From Betaproteobacteria bacterium (GTDB taxonomy: Bacteria > Pseudomonadota > Gammaproteobacteria > Burkholderiales > SG8-41), in the NCBI GenBank assembly GCA_016192825.1, contig JACPTK010000004.1, positions 2,905 through 66,904 of the forward strand: a DNA stretch of 64,000 nt. Direction: 5' to 3'. Of the stretch, positions 12,856-22,827 are shown piece after piece. How positions within the stretch are numbered: the first letter of the stretch is position 1; every line of letters begins with the position of its first letter. The notes beneath the pieces are model-generated. The model worked only from the letters and a program-made list of their open reading frames with translations. It did not search any database and had not been told where the DNA came from. The position numbers and the translations under genes are program-made.

Positions 12856-14472
12856 TTGCCTAAGACCGCCGACATCATCGCCCAGGCGCTGAAGGAGCAG
12901 GGCGTGCGCCACGCCTTCGGCATTCCCGGCGGCGAAGTGCTCGAACTGCTGGACGCGTTCCGCAGGGCGGGGATCCGCTTTATCCTGACCAAGCAGGAGC
13001 TGGGAGCCGGTTTCATGGCCGACGCGGCGTTCCAGTTGACCGGCAGGCCGGGCGTGCTGGTGGCGACGCTGGGCCCCGGCATCACCAACACGACGACGGC
13101 CGTCGCGCAGGCCCTGCTCGATCGCTCCGCGGTGATCGTGATCACCGGCGAAATCGCAACGTCGCTCAAGGCGATCTACACGCACCAGATCATCGACCAG
13201 GCCGAGATGCTGCGACCGCTCACCAAGTGGTCCACGACTTTCGCGTCCAGGGGGGCGCTGGCGCAAGCGCGCAAGGGCATCGCCGTCGCGCTCTCGCCGA
13301 TGCCCGGCCCGGTGCATTTCAACGTGCCCACGGACGTGGCCGCGGTGGAGCAGGACGCCGGCGGCGGGCGCAGCGACGCGGCGCACGTCGGGTCACAAGC
13401 GGTGGCGCAGGACCTGGGGCGCGCCGTCAAATGGCTGGGAACGGCGCGCAGCCCGCTTGCGCTGGTCGGCGTCGGGGTCCAGCTCGACGGCGCGGCGCGC
13501 GAGCTGAGGCGCTTCGTCGAGGCGTGGCGGGTTCCGGTCATCACCACCTACAAGGCAAAGGGCGTGATCCCCGAGGATCACCCGCTTTGCATCGGCGGCG
13601 CCGGGCTGTCCCCGGTTGTGGACGCGATCCATATGGCGCGGTTGCGGGAAGCCGACCTCGTGCTTTGCGTGGGCTTCGATCCGGTGGAACTGAGAAGCGA
13701 CTGGATTGCGCCGTGGAGCGGAAGCAAGCGCACGGTGTCGCTCGACCTGGTTCCCAACACGCATCACGTATACCGCTGCGCGATCGAGTGCGCCGCGAGC
13801 ATCAAGGCCGCGCTGGCGCAGCTCGCCTCGGCCGCGCCGGCACGAGCGCCGCGACGCTGGACGGACGCCGGGCTGGATCGCTACCGCAGGACAATACGGG
13901 AGGCAATCGAGCACCGGCCGCAGCGCGGTGTGGGGCCCTACCAAGTTGTCCAGACGCTGCGGGAGGTGTTCCCGCGCGACACCATCGCGACCGTGGACAC
14001 GGGCTCGCACCGCATCCTGATCAACCACGTCTGGCAGTCGTACGAGCCGCGGCGGCTCCTGCAATCGAACGGGCTCGGCTCGATGGGTTACGCGCTGCCC
14101 GCGGCGGTCGCGGCCAAGCTGCTGTTCCCGAAGCGGCCGGTGCTGGCGATGATGGGCGAGGCCGGGCTGGACATGGTGATCGGCGAGATGGCCTTGCTCG
14201 ACCGCCACCGCCTGGCGCCGACCATCGTGGTCTTCCGCGACGATACGCTCTCGCTGATCAAGCTCAAGCAGGAACGCATGAAGCTGCCTGAGACGGGGGT
14301 CGCCACCGGCAGCCCCGACTACGCGGCGCTCGCGAAGGCCTACGGCGGGCAGGGCGTGGTGGTGGAAAGCGCCGGCGAACTCGGCAAAGCAGCCCGGTCC
14401 GCGCTCCGCTCGCGGCGCTTCACGCTGATCGAGGCCCGCATCGATCCGGCCGAATATCGCAAGCAGATGTGA
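12856..14472 (+). CDS. Thiamine-pyrophosphate enzyme, acetolactate-synthase-large-subunit-like
   Basis: Homology begins at ..PKTADIIAQALKEQGVRHAFGIPGGEVLELLDA. The TPP-binding region is GSMGYALPAAVAAKL..MMGEAG. The start is uncertain; I propose the in-frame TTG at 12856 because the track ORF extends implausibly to 12556. Confidence 0.78.
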   Translation: MPKTADIIAQALKEQGVRHAFGIPGGEVLELLDAFRRAGIRFILTKQELGAGFMADAAFQLTGRPGVLVATLGPGITNTTTAVAQALLDRSAVIVITGEIATSLKAIYTHQIIDQAEMLRPLTKWSTTFASRGALAQARKGIAVALSPMPGPVHFNVPTDVAAVEQDAGGGRSDAAHVGSQAVAQDLGRAVKWLGTARSPLALVGVGVQLDGAARELRRFVEAWRVPVITTYKAKGVIPEDHPLCIGGAGLSPVVDAIHMARLREADLVLCVGFDPVELRSDWIAPWSGSKRTVSLDLVPNTHHVYRCAIECAASIKAALAQLASAAPARAPRRWTDAGLDRYRRTIREAIEHRPQRGVGPYQVVQTLREVFPRDTIATVDTGSHRILINHVWQSYEPRRLLQSNGLGSMGYALPAAVAAKLLFPKRPVLAMMGEAGLDMVIGEMALLDRHRLAPTIVVFRDDTLSLIKLKQERMKLPETGVATGSPDYAALAKAYGGQGVVVESAGELGKAARSALRSRRFTLIEARIDPAEYRKQM

Positions 14473-14605
14473 TCGTTGCCCGAACGGGCTTTTGGGGCCG
14501 GCGTTTCTTGGGTAAGATGCGGGCTGCAGCTGCGGAGCGCGGATGTTTCGGCCGCGGGTCCGCGACAACGAAAAAGACGCGTTGGCTGAGGAGCATCCAC
14601 TCGTG

Positions 14606-15067
14606 ATGGTTGACCGGATCATTCTTGTCTGCACGCTCATAGTCGCGGCGGTCTATTTCTACGCCACCACACTCATTCCCTCGCTCGAGATCGGCGACCC
14701 GCTGGGCCCGAAGGCGTTCCCCCGGCTGCTCGGAATCAGCTTGCTCCTCGCGGCGGGCATGCTGTTCCTGGAAATGTGGAAGGACCGCAAGACCGCGGCG
14801 CCGCAGCCGGCCGCGCCCGATCTATGGGACCTGGCGCATCTGCGGGTGCTGGCGGCGGTGGCGGTGTGGACCGCCGTGTACTACGCGGGGCTGGAGACGC
14901 TTGGATACGTCGTTGCTTCGGCCATTTATCTGTTCGCCCTGATGGCCTGGTTCAACCGCGGCAAATGGGTCGCCAACGCTCTCACCGCCGTGCTGTACTC
15001 CGGCGGTAGTTACATCTTGTTCGTCAAGCTCGACGTCAATCTGCCGAAGGGCGTCCTGCCGTTCTGA
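14606..15067 (+). CDS. tctB: Tripartite tricarboxylate transporter small membrane subunit (TctB family)
   Basis: About 153-aa four-helix hydrophobic protein immediately upstream of a TctA gene. ATG 14606 is preceded by GAGGAG. Confidence 0.7.
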   Translation: MVDRIILVCTLIVAAVYFYATTLIPSLEIGDPLGPKAFPRLLGISLLLAAGMLFLEMWKDRKTAAPQPAAPDLWDLAHLRVLAAVAVWTAVYYAGLETLGYVVASAIYLFALMAWFNRGKWVANALTAVLYSGGSYILFVKLDVNLPKGVLPF

Positions 15068-15100
15068 GTGGAGCGACTACGATGATCTCGCCGCTCTGTT

Positions 15101-15143
15101 CCCTCACCCCCGCCCCTCTCCCGAGCGGAGAGGGGAGATTCGA
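15101..15143. repeat. REP-like palindromic element, copy 2 (inverted relative to 7590-7631)
   Basis: CCCTCACCCCCGCCCCTCTCCCGAGCGGAGAGGGGAGATTCGA is the near reverse complement of copy 1. It is followed by the hairpin GATGCGCAC-CG-GTGCGCATC. Confidence 0.7.
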
Positions 15144-15181
15144 GACGCGGATGCGCACCGTGCGCATCGGCGCGTGATTGA

Positions 15182-16696
15182 TTGATGGAAACCCTGACCC
15201 ACATCCTGAACGGTTTCTCGGTCTGCCTGCAGCCGATCAATCTCTGGTACACGTTCGTCGGCGTGTTCCTCGGCACGATCATCGGCGTGCTGCCGGGCAT
15301 CGGGCCCTCCGCGGGAATCGCGCTGCTGATCCCCGTGACCTACGGCATGAATCCGACCTCCGCGCTGATCATGATGGCGGGCATCTACTACGGCACGAAG
15401 TACGGCGGCTCCACCACCGCGATCCTGATCAACACGCCGGGCGAGGCCGCTTCGGTGATGACCGCCATCGACGGCTATCAGATGGCGAAGAAGGGCCGCG
15501 GCGGGGCGGCGCTCGCAATTTCGGCTGTCGGCTCGTTCATTGCCGGGACGCTGGGCGTCGTGGGGCTCACGCTGTTCGCCGTTCCGCTCACGAGCATGGC
15601 CCTGAAATTCGGCCCCGCCGAATACTTCATGCTCATGTTCTTCGCCATGACTGCGGTTTCCACCCTTGCGGGCAAGTCGCCGGCCAAGGCCATGATCTCG
15701 ACGATCCTGGGCCTGATGATCTCCACCATCGGCATCGACCTGCAAAGCGGCCAGCCGCGCTACACCATGGGCGTTCCCGAACTGCAGGACGGCGTCGGGT
15801 TCGTGATCGCCGTGGTGGGCCTGTTCGCGATTTCCGAGGTCTTCACGCAGATGGAGGACATGACCAAGGGCGTGCGGCCGGAAATCATCAAGCTGGAGGG
15901 CAAGCTGTGGTTCACGCGCGACGAATGGAATCGCTCGGTGATGCCGATCATGCGCGGCGGCATCATCGGCTTCATCATCGGCGTGCTGCCCGGCGCCGGC
16001 GGCACCATCGCCTCCATCATGAGCTACGTCTGGGAAAAGCGCCTGTCCAAGCACCCCGAGCAGTTCGGCGAAGGGGCGATCGAAGGCGTCGCCGGACCCG
16101 AGGCCGCCAACAATTCCGATACCGCCGGCGCTCTGGTGCCGTTGCTGACGCTGGGTATCCCCGGCGGCGGCGCCACGGCCGTGATGCTGGGCGCCTTCAT
16201 CATGTACGGCATCCAGCCGGGGCCGATGCTGTTCCAGAATCGCCCGGACCTGGTGTGGGGACTGGTGGACAGCATGTACATCGGGAACATCATGCTGCTG
16301 ATCCTGAACCTGCCGCTGATCGGCCTGTTCGTGCGGCTGCTCTACATACCGGGCGGCATCCTGATGCCGCTGATCATGGGGATCTCGACGATCGGCCTCT
16401 ACGGCATCAATGGCAATCCGGTGGAGCTCTACATCGGGCTGCTGTTCGGAATCCTGGGCTACATCTTCCGCAAGGTGGACATTCCGGTCGCGCCGATGGT
16501 GCTGTCGCTGGTGCTGGGAGGCATGATGGAGCAATCGTTCCGGCAGGCGATGACGATTTCGGGGGCGAACCCCAAGATCTTCGTCGGCAGCGCGATCTGC
16601 CTCGTGCTGCTGGCCCTGTCCGTCCTTTCCGTTGCGCTGCCGTTCCTGCTGCCCCGGCTCAAGGCCTGGCGCGAAGGCTCCGACGCAGCCGCGTAA
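15182..16696 (+). CDS. tctA: Tripartite tricarboxylate transporter large permease (TctA family)
   Basis: 504-aa polytopic protein with TctA blocks (GVLPGIGP, YGGSTTAILINTPGE, GVLPGAGGTIAS, GPEAANNS). Confidence 0.9.
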   Translation: MMETLTHILNGFSVCLQPINLWYTFVGVFLGTIIGVLPGIGPSAGIALLIPVTYGMNPTSALIMMAGIYYGTKYGGSTTAILINTPGEAASVMTAIDGYQMAKKGRGGAALAISAVGSFIAGTLGVVGLTLFAVPLTSMALKFGPAEYFMLMFFAMTAVSTLAGKSPAKAMISTILGLMISTIGIDLQSGQPRYTMGVPELQDGVGFVIAVVGLFAISEVFTQMEDMTKGVRPEIIKLEGKLWFTRDEWNRSVMPIMRGGIIGFIIGVLPGAGGTIASIMSYVWEKRLSKHPEQFGEGAIEGVAGPEAANNSDTAGALVPLLTLGIPGGGATAVMLGAFIMYGIQPGPMLFQNRPDLVWGLVDSMYIGNIMLLILNLPLIGLFVRLLYIPGGILMPLIMGISTIGLYGINGNPVELYIGLLFGILGYIFRKVDIPVAPMVLSLVLGGMMEQSFRQAMTISGANPKIFVGSAICLVLLALSVLSVALPFLLPRLKAWREGSDAAA

Positions 16697-16790
16697 CCAC
16701 CGCAATGGCTTCCTGAAACCGCAGATGAAGTCCCGGGCCGTTCGTGATTTTCATCGGCGCGGATCGCTGCCGGTCCGCGGTTGATCCCGC

Positions 16791-17828
16791 GTGCGAGCAA
16801 TCGCGCTGATCCCCGGTGACGGCATCGGCCCCGAGGTGACCCGGGCGGCGCGCGATGTCGTTGCCGCGTCCGGCGCGGCGGTGCGGTTCGAGGAAGTCGT
16901 GGCCGGCCTGCGGGCGGAGCGGGAATTCGGAACGCCGCTGCCGGGCGCGGTGTTTGAAGCAATCGCCAGGACGAAGCTCGCGCTGAAGGGGCCCACGCAG
17001 ACGCCTTTCGGCGGCGCCTACCGCGTCAACGTCGAGCGCGGCGGCGGCAGGCGCGACTATCCGAGCATCACCATCGCGCTGCGCAAGGAACTGGACCTCT
17101 TCGTCAACGTGAGGCCGGTCAAGAATTATCCTGGCGTCGCCTCGCGCTTCGAGCGCGTGGATCTCGTGATCTTCCGCGAGAACAGCGAGGACCTCTACCT
17201 CGGCAGGGAGCGCATGGTGGACGAGGGCACCGCGGAGGCGGTCAAGATCATCACGGCGCGGGCGACCGCCCGCGCCACGCGCTTCGCGCTGGATTACATG
17301 CGGCGCGAGGGGCGGCGCCGGCTCACGATCGGGCACAAGGCCAACGTGCTGAAGATGACCGACGGGCTGTTCCTGAAGACCGCCCAGGACATCGCCAGGG
17401 ATTCCGGATTCGCCGTGGACCAGCGCGTGGTGGACGCCCTGTGCATGGAGCTGGTGATGCGCCCGGAAGCGTTCGATTGCCTGCTGCTGCCCAATCTCTA
17501 CGGCGACATCATCTCGGACCTCGGCGCGGGACTGGTCGGTGGTCTCGGCGTCGCGCCGGGCGCCAATATCGGCACGGAATGCGCGATGTTCGAGGCGGTT
17601 CACGGCTCGGCGCCGGACATCGCGGGCAAGGACATCGCCAACCCGATGGCGGCGATACTGTCCGCCGGAATGTTGCTGCGATACATTGGGGACGCATCGG
17701 CGGCTGACCGCATCGAGACGGCGTTGACCGCCGTGCTGCGCGAGCAGCGCGCCGTCACGCGCGATCTGGGCGGCACGGCCGGGACGCGGGCGATGACCGA
17801 TGCCATCATTGAGAAGTTGACGGCGTGA
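16791..17828 (+). CDS. Isocitrate/isopropylmalate dehydrogenase family oxidative decarboxylase
   Basis: 345 aa with GTG start. Motifs: IPGDGIGPEV, NLYGDIISDLGAGLVGGLG, EAVHGSAPDIAGK. Confidence 0.85.
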   Translation: MRAIALIPGDGIGPEVTRAARDVVAASGAAVRFEEVVAGLRAEREFGTPLPGAVFEAIARTKLALKGPTQTPFGGAYRVNVERGGGRRDYPSITIALRKELDLFVNVRPVKNYPGVASRFERVDLVIFRENSEDLYLGRERMVDEGTAEAVKIITARATARATRFALDYMRREGRRRLTIGHKANVLKMTDGLFLKTAQDIARDSGFAVDQRVVDALCMELVMRPEAFDCLLLPNLYGDIISDLGAGLVGGLGVAPGANIGTECAMFEAVHGSAPDIAGKDIANPMAAILSAGMLLRYIGDASAADRIETALTAVLREQRAVTRDLGGTAGTRAMTDAIIEKLTA

Positions 17829-17860
17829 CGTGATACCGCGTGACGTGAAGATTCGTGAGG
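17823..17860 (+). repeat. Degenerate direct repeat GCGTGACGTGA (period 15) overlapping the stop codon
   Basis: The 11-mer occurs at 17823-17833 and 17838-17848, with a partial third copy. It is a GTGA-rich relative of the heptamer arrays but does not have period 7. Confidence 0.5.
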
Positions 17861-17867
17861 GAGCAGG

Positions 17868-18226
17868 TTGATGGGCAAGCGCATCGTTTTCGTTGGAGCC
17901 GGCGCCCTGGGCGGCTACGTTGGGGGGCATCTCACGCGCGCGGGCTGCGACGTCACGCTGATCGATCCGTGGCCGGAGCACGTGGACGCCATGCGCAAGA
18001 ACGGCATTCGGCTTTCCGGAACGACGGCGGCCGAGAAGCATACGGTACCCGTCAACGCCGTGCATGTCACCGACGTCCAGGGCCTGGTCAGGCAGAAGCC
18101 GATCGACATCGCCTTCGTGAGCGTCAAGTCGTACGACACCGAATGGGCGACGATGATGATCCGCCAGTACCTCGCGCCCGACGGCTTCGTGGTCTCCCTG
18201 CAGAACTGCATCAACGAGGAGCGCAA
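17868..18226 (+). pseudogene. N-terminal fragment of 2-dehydropantoate 2-reductase (PanE/ApbA family)
   Basis: Rossmann start KRIVFVGAGALGGYVGGHL and the family pattern run up to ..VVSLQNCINEE (about 120 of roughly 300 expected residues). The reading frame then terminates. Confidence 0.6.
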
Positions 18227-18433
18227 TTTGAGCGCATCGCCCATCACGGTTTGCTGGCCGTGACGCTCCCGGATGCCGAGGTTGCCGCCATCCGCGCCCG
18301 GCTGCGCGAGCGGCCCGGCGCGACGCCAAAAATCGATCTGGCCGCGCAGACCGTCACCGACCCCGCGGGGCAGGTGCGCCGCTTCGACATCCACCCGGTG
18401 CGCAGGAAATATGTCCTTTCCGTCCACCTTTGA
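18227..18433 (+). pseudogene. C-terminal fragment of a 3-isopropylmalate dehydratase small-subunit-like (LeuD family) gene
   Basis: In a different frame, directly abutting the panE fragment: F.RIAHHGLLAVTLPDAEV....IDLAAQTVTDPAG..RRFDIHP.RRK resembles LeuD C-termini. The N-terminal two thirds are missing. Confidence 0.5.
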
Positions 18434-18544
18434 TATCATTGCGCCGCAGCCCTGAACCGTGCGGGTGAACGGGCCGCGGACCGGGCGGCACTTTCGCGCG
18501 CCCGGTCCCGGTAGGGCGAAGACACCACGAGGAGGAGGAACACC

Positions 18545-19555
18545 ATGAAAAGCACGCTCGCGCTCACAATCGCATTGGCGGCGCTGGCCGCAGCGCCGCT
18601 CTCCGGAGGGGTCCAGGCGGCTTCGTTCGAAGGCAAGACGATCACGATCGTGGTCGGGTTCAAGGCGGGCGGAGGATACGACCGCACGGCCCGCATCCTG
18701 GCCCGGCACATCCCGAAGTACCTGCCCGGCACGCCGAACGTGATCGTGCAGAACATGCCGGGCGCCAACAGCATCACCGCGGCGAACCACGTCTACAACA
18801 TCGCGAAGCCCGACGGCCTGACCATCGGCACGTTCAACCGCAATCTTGTGCTGGCGCAGCTCACCAACGTGCGCGGGGTGAAATTCGATCAGACGAAGTT
18901 CGCCTGGATCGGCTCGGCGGCGAGCGAGTCCACGGTCCTCGCGATCCGCAACGACCTGCCCTACAAGACCTTCGATGATCTCAAGAAGTCGGGCAAGACG
19001 CTCGTCATCGGCGCGACCGGGCCCGGCGCCAACACCTACGACTTCCCCCTGCTGCTCAAGGAGCTTCTGGGCGTCGATCTCAAGATCGTGAGCGGCTATT
19101 CCAGCAGCTCGGACATCATGCTGGCGATCGAGCGCAAGGAGGTGGACGCGCGGGCCGGCTCGTTCACGTCGCTGCGGCCCTTCATCGACCGCAACCTGGT
19201 GCATCCGGTGATCCGCGCCCGCGCGACCGAGGCCGGGATCGAGCAGTTGCCGGTCGACGAGAATCTGGCCAGCACGCCGCGCGCGAAGGCGATCATGGCG
19301 CTGCGCTCGGCGCCCGAAGTCGTCGGCCGTCCCTACGTGATGGCGCCGGGAACGTCCGACGACATCGTCAGGGTGATGCGGGAGGCGTTCAGCAAGGCCA
19401 TCAACGATCCGGAACTGGTCGCAGAGGCGAAGAAGGGCAAGATGGATCTCGAGTACATGCCGGGCGACGAGGCGCTCAAGATCGTGAAAGACGTCCTGTC
19501 CCAGCCGAAGGACGTCGTGGACGATTTCCGAAAATACATCAAGTTCGGTGAATGA
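18545..19555 (+). CDS. tctC: Tripartite tricarboxylate transporter substrate-binding protein (TctC/Bug family)
   Basis: 336 aa with a signal peptide and Bug-type blocks (GKTITIVVGFKAGGGYDRTARILA.., NMPGANSITAAN). Confidence 0.85.
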   Translation: MKSTLALTIALAALAAAPLSGGVQAASFEGKTITIVVGFKAGGGYDRTARILARHIPKYLPGTPNVIVQNMPGANSITAANHVYNIAKPDGLTIGTFNRNLVLAQLTNVRGVKFDQTKFAWIGSAASESTVLAIRNDLPYKTFDDLKKSGKTLVIGATGPGANTYDFPLLLKELLGVDLKIVSGYSSSSDIMLAIERKEVDARAGSFTSLRPFIDRNLVHPVIRARATEAGIEQLPVDENLASTPRAKAIMALRSAPEVVGRPYVMAPGTSDDIVRVMREAFSKAINDPELVAEAKKGKMDLEYMPGDEALKIVKDVLSQPKDVVDDFRKYIKFGE

Positions 19556-19667
19556 CCGGAGCGCCCATCCAGCTCGAGGGTTGTAGGGAGCGACGCGGAA
19601 ACGGCACCCTGCGCTCAGGCCTGTTCGCGGACACCCGCCCAACGGCCCTTGGCCTGGCGGATGACAA

Positions 19668-19692
19668 AGGGGGCATCGCCCCCTCTTTTTTT
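19668..19692 (+). terminator. Rho-independent terminator/attenuator between tctC and tctA
   Basis: Stem AGGGGGC / GCCCCCT with a 3-nt loop, followed by C + T7. Confidence 0.72.
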
Positions 19693-19709
19693 GACGCCCT
19701 GTTAGCCGA

Positions 19710-21221
19710 GTGATCGACGCGCTCCTCGAGGGCCTGTTCCTCGTCCTGCAGTGGAAGGCGTTCGCCTTCATGCTGCTCGGGATCGGGCTCGGTTTCTGGG
19801 TCGGGCTCCTGCCCGGCCTGGGCGGCGTCACCACGCTGGCGCTGATGCTGCCCTTCATCTACGCGATGAAGCCGGTCGAAGGGTTTGCGTTCCTGCTGGG
19901 CATGCATTCCGTCGTCGCCACGACCGGCGACATCACCTCGGTGCTCTTCGGCATACCCGGAGAAGGCACCACCGCGGCGACGATCCTCGACGGACACGCC
20001 ATGGCGAAGAAAGGCGAGGCCGGGCGCGCCCTCGGCGCGGTGCTCGCCAGCTCCCTGGTCGGCGCGCTCGTCGGCGCGCTGGCGCTGGCGCTGGCGGTCC
20101 CGATCGTGCGCCCGCTGGTGCTCGCCTTCGGCTCGCCCGAGCTGTTCATGATCGCCATCGTGGGCATCGCCTTCATCGCCTCGCTGAGCGCGCAGGGCGG
20201 GCGCGGCATGCTTCGCGGATTTCTCGCGGGCGGTCTGGGGTTGCTGGTCGCCACGGTCGGGCAGGATCCGCAGGCCGGGATCGCGCGCTACACTTTCGAT
20301 TCGTTGTACCTGTGGGGCGGACTTGACCTGGTGCCGGTGCTGATCGGCATCTTCGCCATCCCGGAGATCATCGACCTCGTGGTGCGCGGCACCTCCATCG
20401 CGGGCGACCTGCCCAAGGGCCGTCTGAACCAGGGCGCCCTGGAGGGCGTCAAGGACACGTTCCGCCACTTCTGGCTCACGATCCGCTGCAGCCTGATCGG
20501 CACTTTCATCGGAATCATGCCGGGGCTCGGGGGCGCGGTGGCCCAATGGCTCGCCTACGGTCATGCCGCGCAGAGCGCGCGCAGCGCCGAAGAGCGCCAG
20601 GGATTCGGCAAAGGGGACGTGCGCGGCGTCCTCGGCCCGGGCGCGGCCAACAACTCCAAGGAAGGCGGCGCGCTCATCCCGACGGTGGCGTTCGGCGTGC
20701 CGGGCAGCTCGTCCATGGCGATCCTGCTCGGCGGTTTCTTCCTGCTGGGACTGGTCCCGGGCCCCGACATGCTGACCGCGCACCTGACGGTCACCTTCTC
20801 GATGGTCTGGACGATCGTGCTGGCGAACATCATCACGGTCGTCGTGTGCTTCCTGTTCCTGAACCATCTCGCCCGGCTCACGGTCGTGCGCGGTCATTTC
20901 CTGATCCCGGTGATCCTGGTGCTGGTCTTCATCGGCAGCTACACGTCCAACAATCACTACGGCGACGTGGTCCTGATGCTGTTCTTCGGCGCGGTCGGCT
21001 ACCTGATGGTGGCCGGCGGCTGGCCGCGGGCGCCGTTCGTGCTGGGACTGGTTCTGGGCAAGATCGTCGAGAACAATCTCTACATTTCGGTGGCGCGCTA
21101 CGAGACCGCCTGGCTGACGCGGCCGATCGTGCTGGTGTTGATGGCGCTGGCGGTCGCGGTGGTCCTCTATCCGCTGCTGCAGGCGCGGCGGTCGCGCTCG
21201 AGGAGGGCGGAGCATGGGTAA
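19710..21221 (+). CDS. tctA: TctA family large permease (second copy)
   Basis: 503 aa with GTG start and the same TctA block structure (GLLPGLGG, GIPGEGTTAATILDG, GIMPGLGGAVAQ, GPGAANNS). Confidence 0.9.
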   Translation: MIDALLEGLFLVLQWKAFAFMLLGIGLGFWVGLLPGLGGVTTLALMLPFIYAMKPVEGFAFLLGMHSVVATTGDITSVLFGIPGEGTTAATILDGHAMAKKGEAGRALGAVLASSLVGALVGALALALAVPIVRPLVLAFGSPELFMIAIVGIAFIASLSAQGGRGMLRGFLAGGLGLLVATVGQDPQAGIARYTFDSLYLWGGLDLVPVLIGIFAIPEIIDLVVRGTSIAGDLPKGRLNQGALEGVKDTFRHFWLTIRCSLIGTFIGIMPGLGGAVAQWLAYGHAAQSARSAEERQGFGKGDVRGVLGPGAANNSKEGGALIPTVAFGVPGSSSMAILLGGFFLLGLVPGPDMLTAHLTVTFSMVWTIVLANIITVVVCFLFLNHLARLTVVRGHFLIPVILVLVFIGSYTSNNHYGDVVLMLFFGAVGYLMVAGGWPRAPFVLGLVLGKIVENNLYISVARYETAWLTRPIVLVLMALAVAVVLYPLLQARRSRSRRAEHG

Positions 21222-21690
21222 CCGGGCGTCGCTTATTCTCGGCGTCGGCATCATGATCTGCGCGGGGGCGGCCGTCGTCATCGCGATGGGCTGGCCGTGG
21301 AAAGCCGCGCTGTTCCCGATCGTGATCGGTATCCCTGTCTTCTGCATGGCCGCCGCGGAGGTCGCGTGGGGGCTGCTCGGCTCCGGCCACCGCGGCGAGG
21401 CGATGGACTTCCAGCTTTCGGAGCACGTGCCGCCGAAAATCGCGATCCGGCGGACGCTGCTGGCGATCGCGTGGATGGCCGGCTTCTTCGCGGCGATCGT
21501 CCTGGCGGGATTCCCGCTCGCCGTCGCGCTCGTTGTATTCCTCTACCTGAAGCTCCAGGGACGCGAACGTTGGGTGATATCCATCGGGTTCACCCTCATC
21601 CTGTGGGCGGTTTTCTACGCGATCTTCGACCGTCTCCTCCACCTGCCTTTTCCCGCCGGACTGATACAGGGGTGGACCGGCCTCGGCTGA
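21214..21690 (+). CDS. tctB: TctB-like small membrane subunit
   Basis: 158-aa four-helix hydrophobic protein. Its start overlaps the tctA stop by 8 nt. The gene order C-A-B is atypical. Confidence 0.62.
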   Translation: MGNRASLILGVGIMICAGAAVVIAMGWPWKAALFPIVIGIPVFCMAAAEVAWGLLGSGHRGEAMDFQLSEHVPPKIAIRRTLLAIAWMAGFFAAIVLAGFPLAVALVVFLYLKLQGRERWVISIGFTLILWAVFYAIFDRLLHLPFPAGLIQGWTGLG

Positions 21691-21781
21691 TAAAGCGGGA
21701 ACTGGACCGGCAGCCGCCAGTTTTTCAGCCGCGCAGTTATAATGGCGGCCGCAGGATCTGTTACCGGAAAGAAAAAATTCA

Positions 21782-22654
21782 GTGATTCCCGCGAAGCGCC
21801 TGCGCTATTCCGCCATCGTCGATCGCCCGCCGCTCATGCTCCCCGACAAGGCGCGCGTGGTAGTGTGGCCGGTGGTCAACGTCGAGGTATGGGACATCGG
21901 GCGCCCGATGCCGCGGCAGGTGCTGCCGCCGCCGACCGGCGCCACCCTGCTGCCCGACGTGTCGCACTGGGGCTGGCACGAGTACGGCATGCGGGTCGGT
22001 TTCTGGCGGCTGAAAGCCATACTCGACGAATTGGGAATCGTGCCGTCGCTGTCGGTTAACGCGCGGGTTTGCCTCGACTACCCGCGCGTGGCAAAGGCCG
22101 CGCGCGACTCCGGCTGGGAGTTCATGGGGCATTCATACGACCAGCGGCCGACGCACACCGAGCCGGACCCGGTGGGGATGATCCGCCAGTCGATGAAGGT
22201 GATCCAGGAGTTTACCGGCAGGCGTCCGGTAGGCTGGATGGGGCCGGGATTGACCGAGACGCTCGATACCCCGGAGCAGCTCGCGGCCGCCGGCATCCGC
22301 TACGTCGCCGACTGGGTCATCGACGACGAGCCCTGCACCATCAAGACCCGGGGAGGCAGCCTCGTCACCCTGCCGTACACCCTGGAGCTGAACGACATCG
22401 CGATGATGGTGGTCCAGCACCACGCCGCGAAGGAGTGGGAGACGCGGTGCCTGGACTATTTCGAGCGCGTGCACCGCGAAGGCCGGGAACGCGCGAAAGT
22501 GATGGCGATCGCCGTGCACCCGTACATCTCGGGCGTTCCGCACCGCATCAAGTATTTCGAGAACGTGCTGAGGCGGCTGCGCAAGCAGAAAGGCGTGCTG
22601 ATCTGGAACGGCGCGCAGATCCTGGATTGGTACCTCAAGTCCCGCAAACGATGA
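21782..22654 (+). CDS. Polysaccharide deacetylase (NodB-homology) family protein, PuuE-like
   Basis: 290 aa with no signal peptide. The pattern ..VVWPVVNVEVWD.., WHEYGMRVGFWRL.., GWEFMGHSY resembles cytoplasmic PuuE-type deacetylase-fold hydrolases. Confidence 0.7.
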   Translation: MIPAKRLRYSAIVDRPPLMLPDKARVVVWPVVNVEVWDIGRPMPRQVLPPPTGATLLPDVSHWGWHEYGMRVGFWRLKAILDELGIVPSLSVNARVCLDYPRVAKAARDSGWEFMGHSYDQRPTHTEPDPVGMIRQSMKVIQEFTGRRPVGWMGPGLTETLDTPEQLAAAGIRYVADWVIDDEPCTIKTRGGSLVTLPYTLELNDIAMMVVQHHAAKEWETRCLDYFERVHREGRERAKVMAIAVHPYISGVPHRIKYFENVLRRLRKQKGVLIWNGAQILDWYLKSRKR

Positions 22655-22827
22655 AAATTGGCGCCATCCGCAACAGAGCGCGGCCCGTATGATGAGCGCA
22701 AGATCCGTCCCGCGTGGGTTTTCGCGCCCGCCTTGACAGCGGCTTGATCTTTTCCGTAGATTAACAAATTGACCGCGCCGTCGCAGAGAATCGGCGCGGA
22801 CGTCACCCCACACGCAAGGAGCGCCAA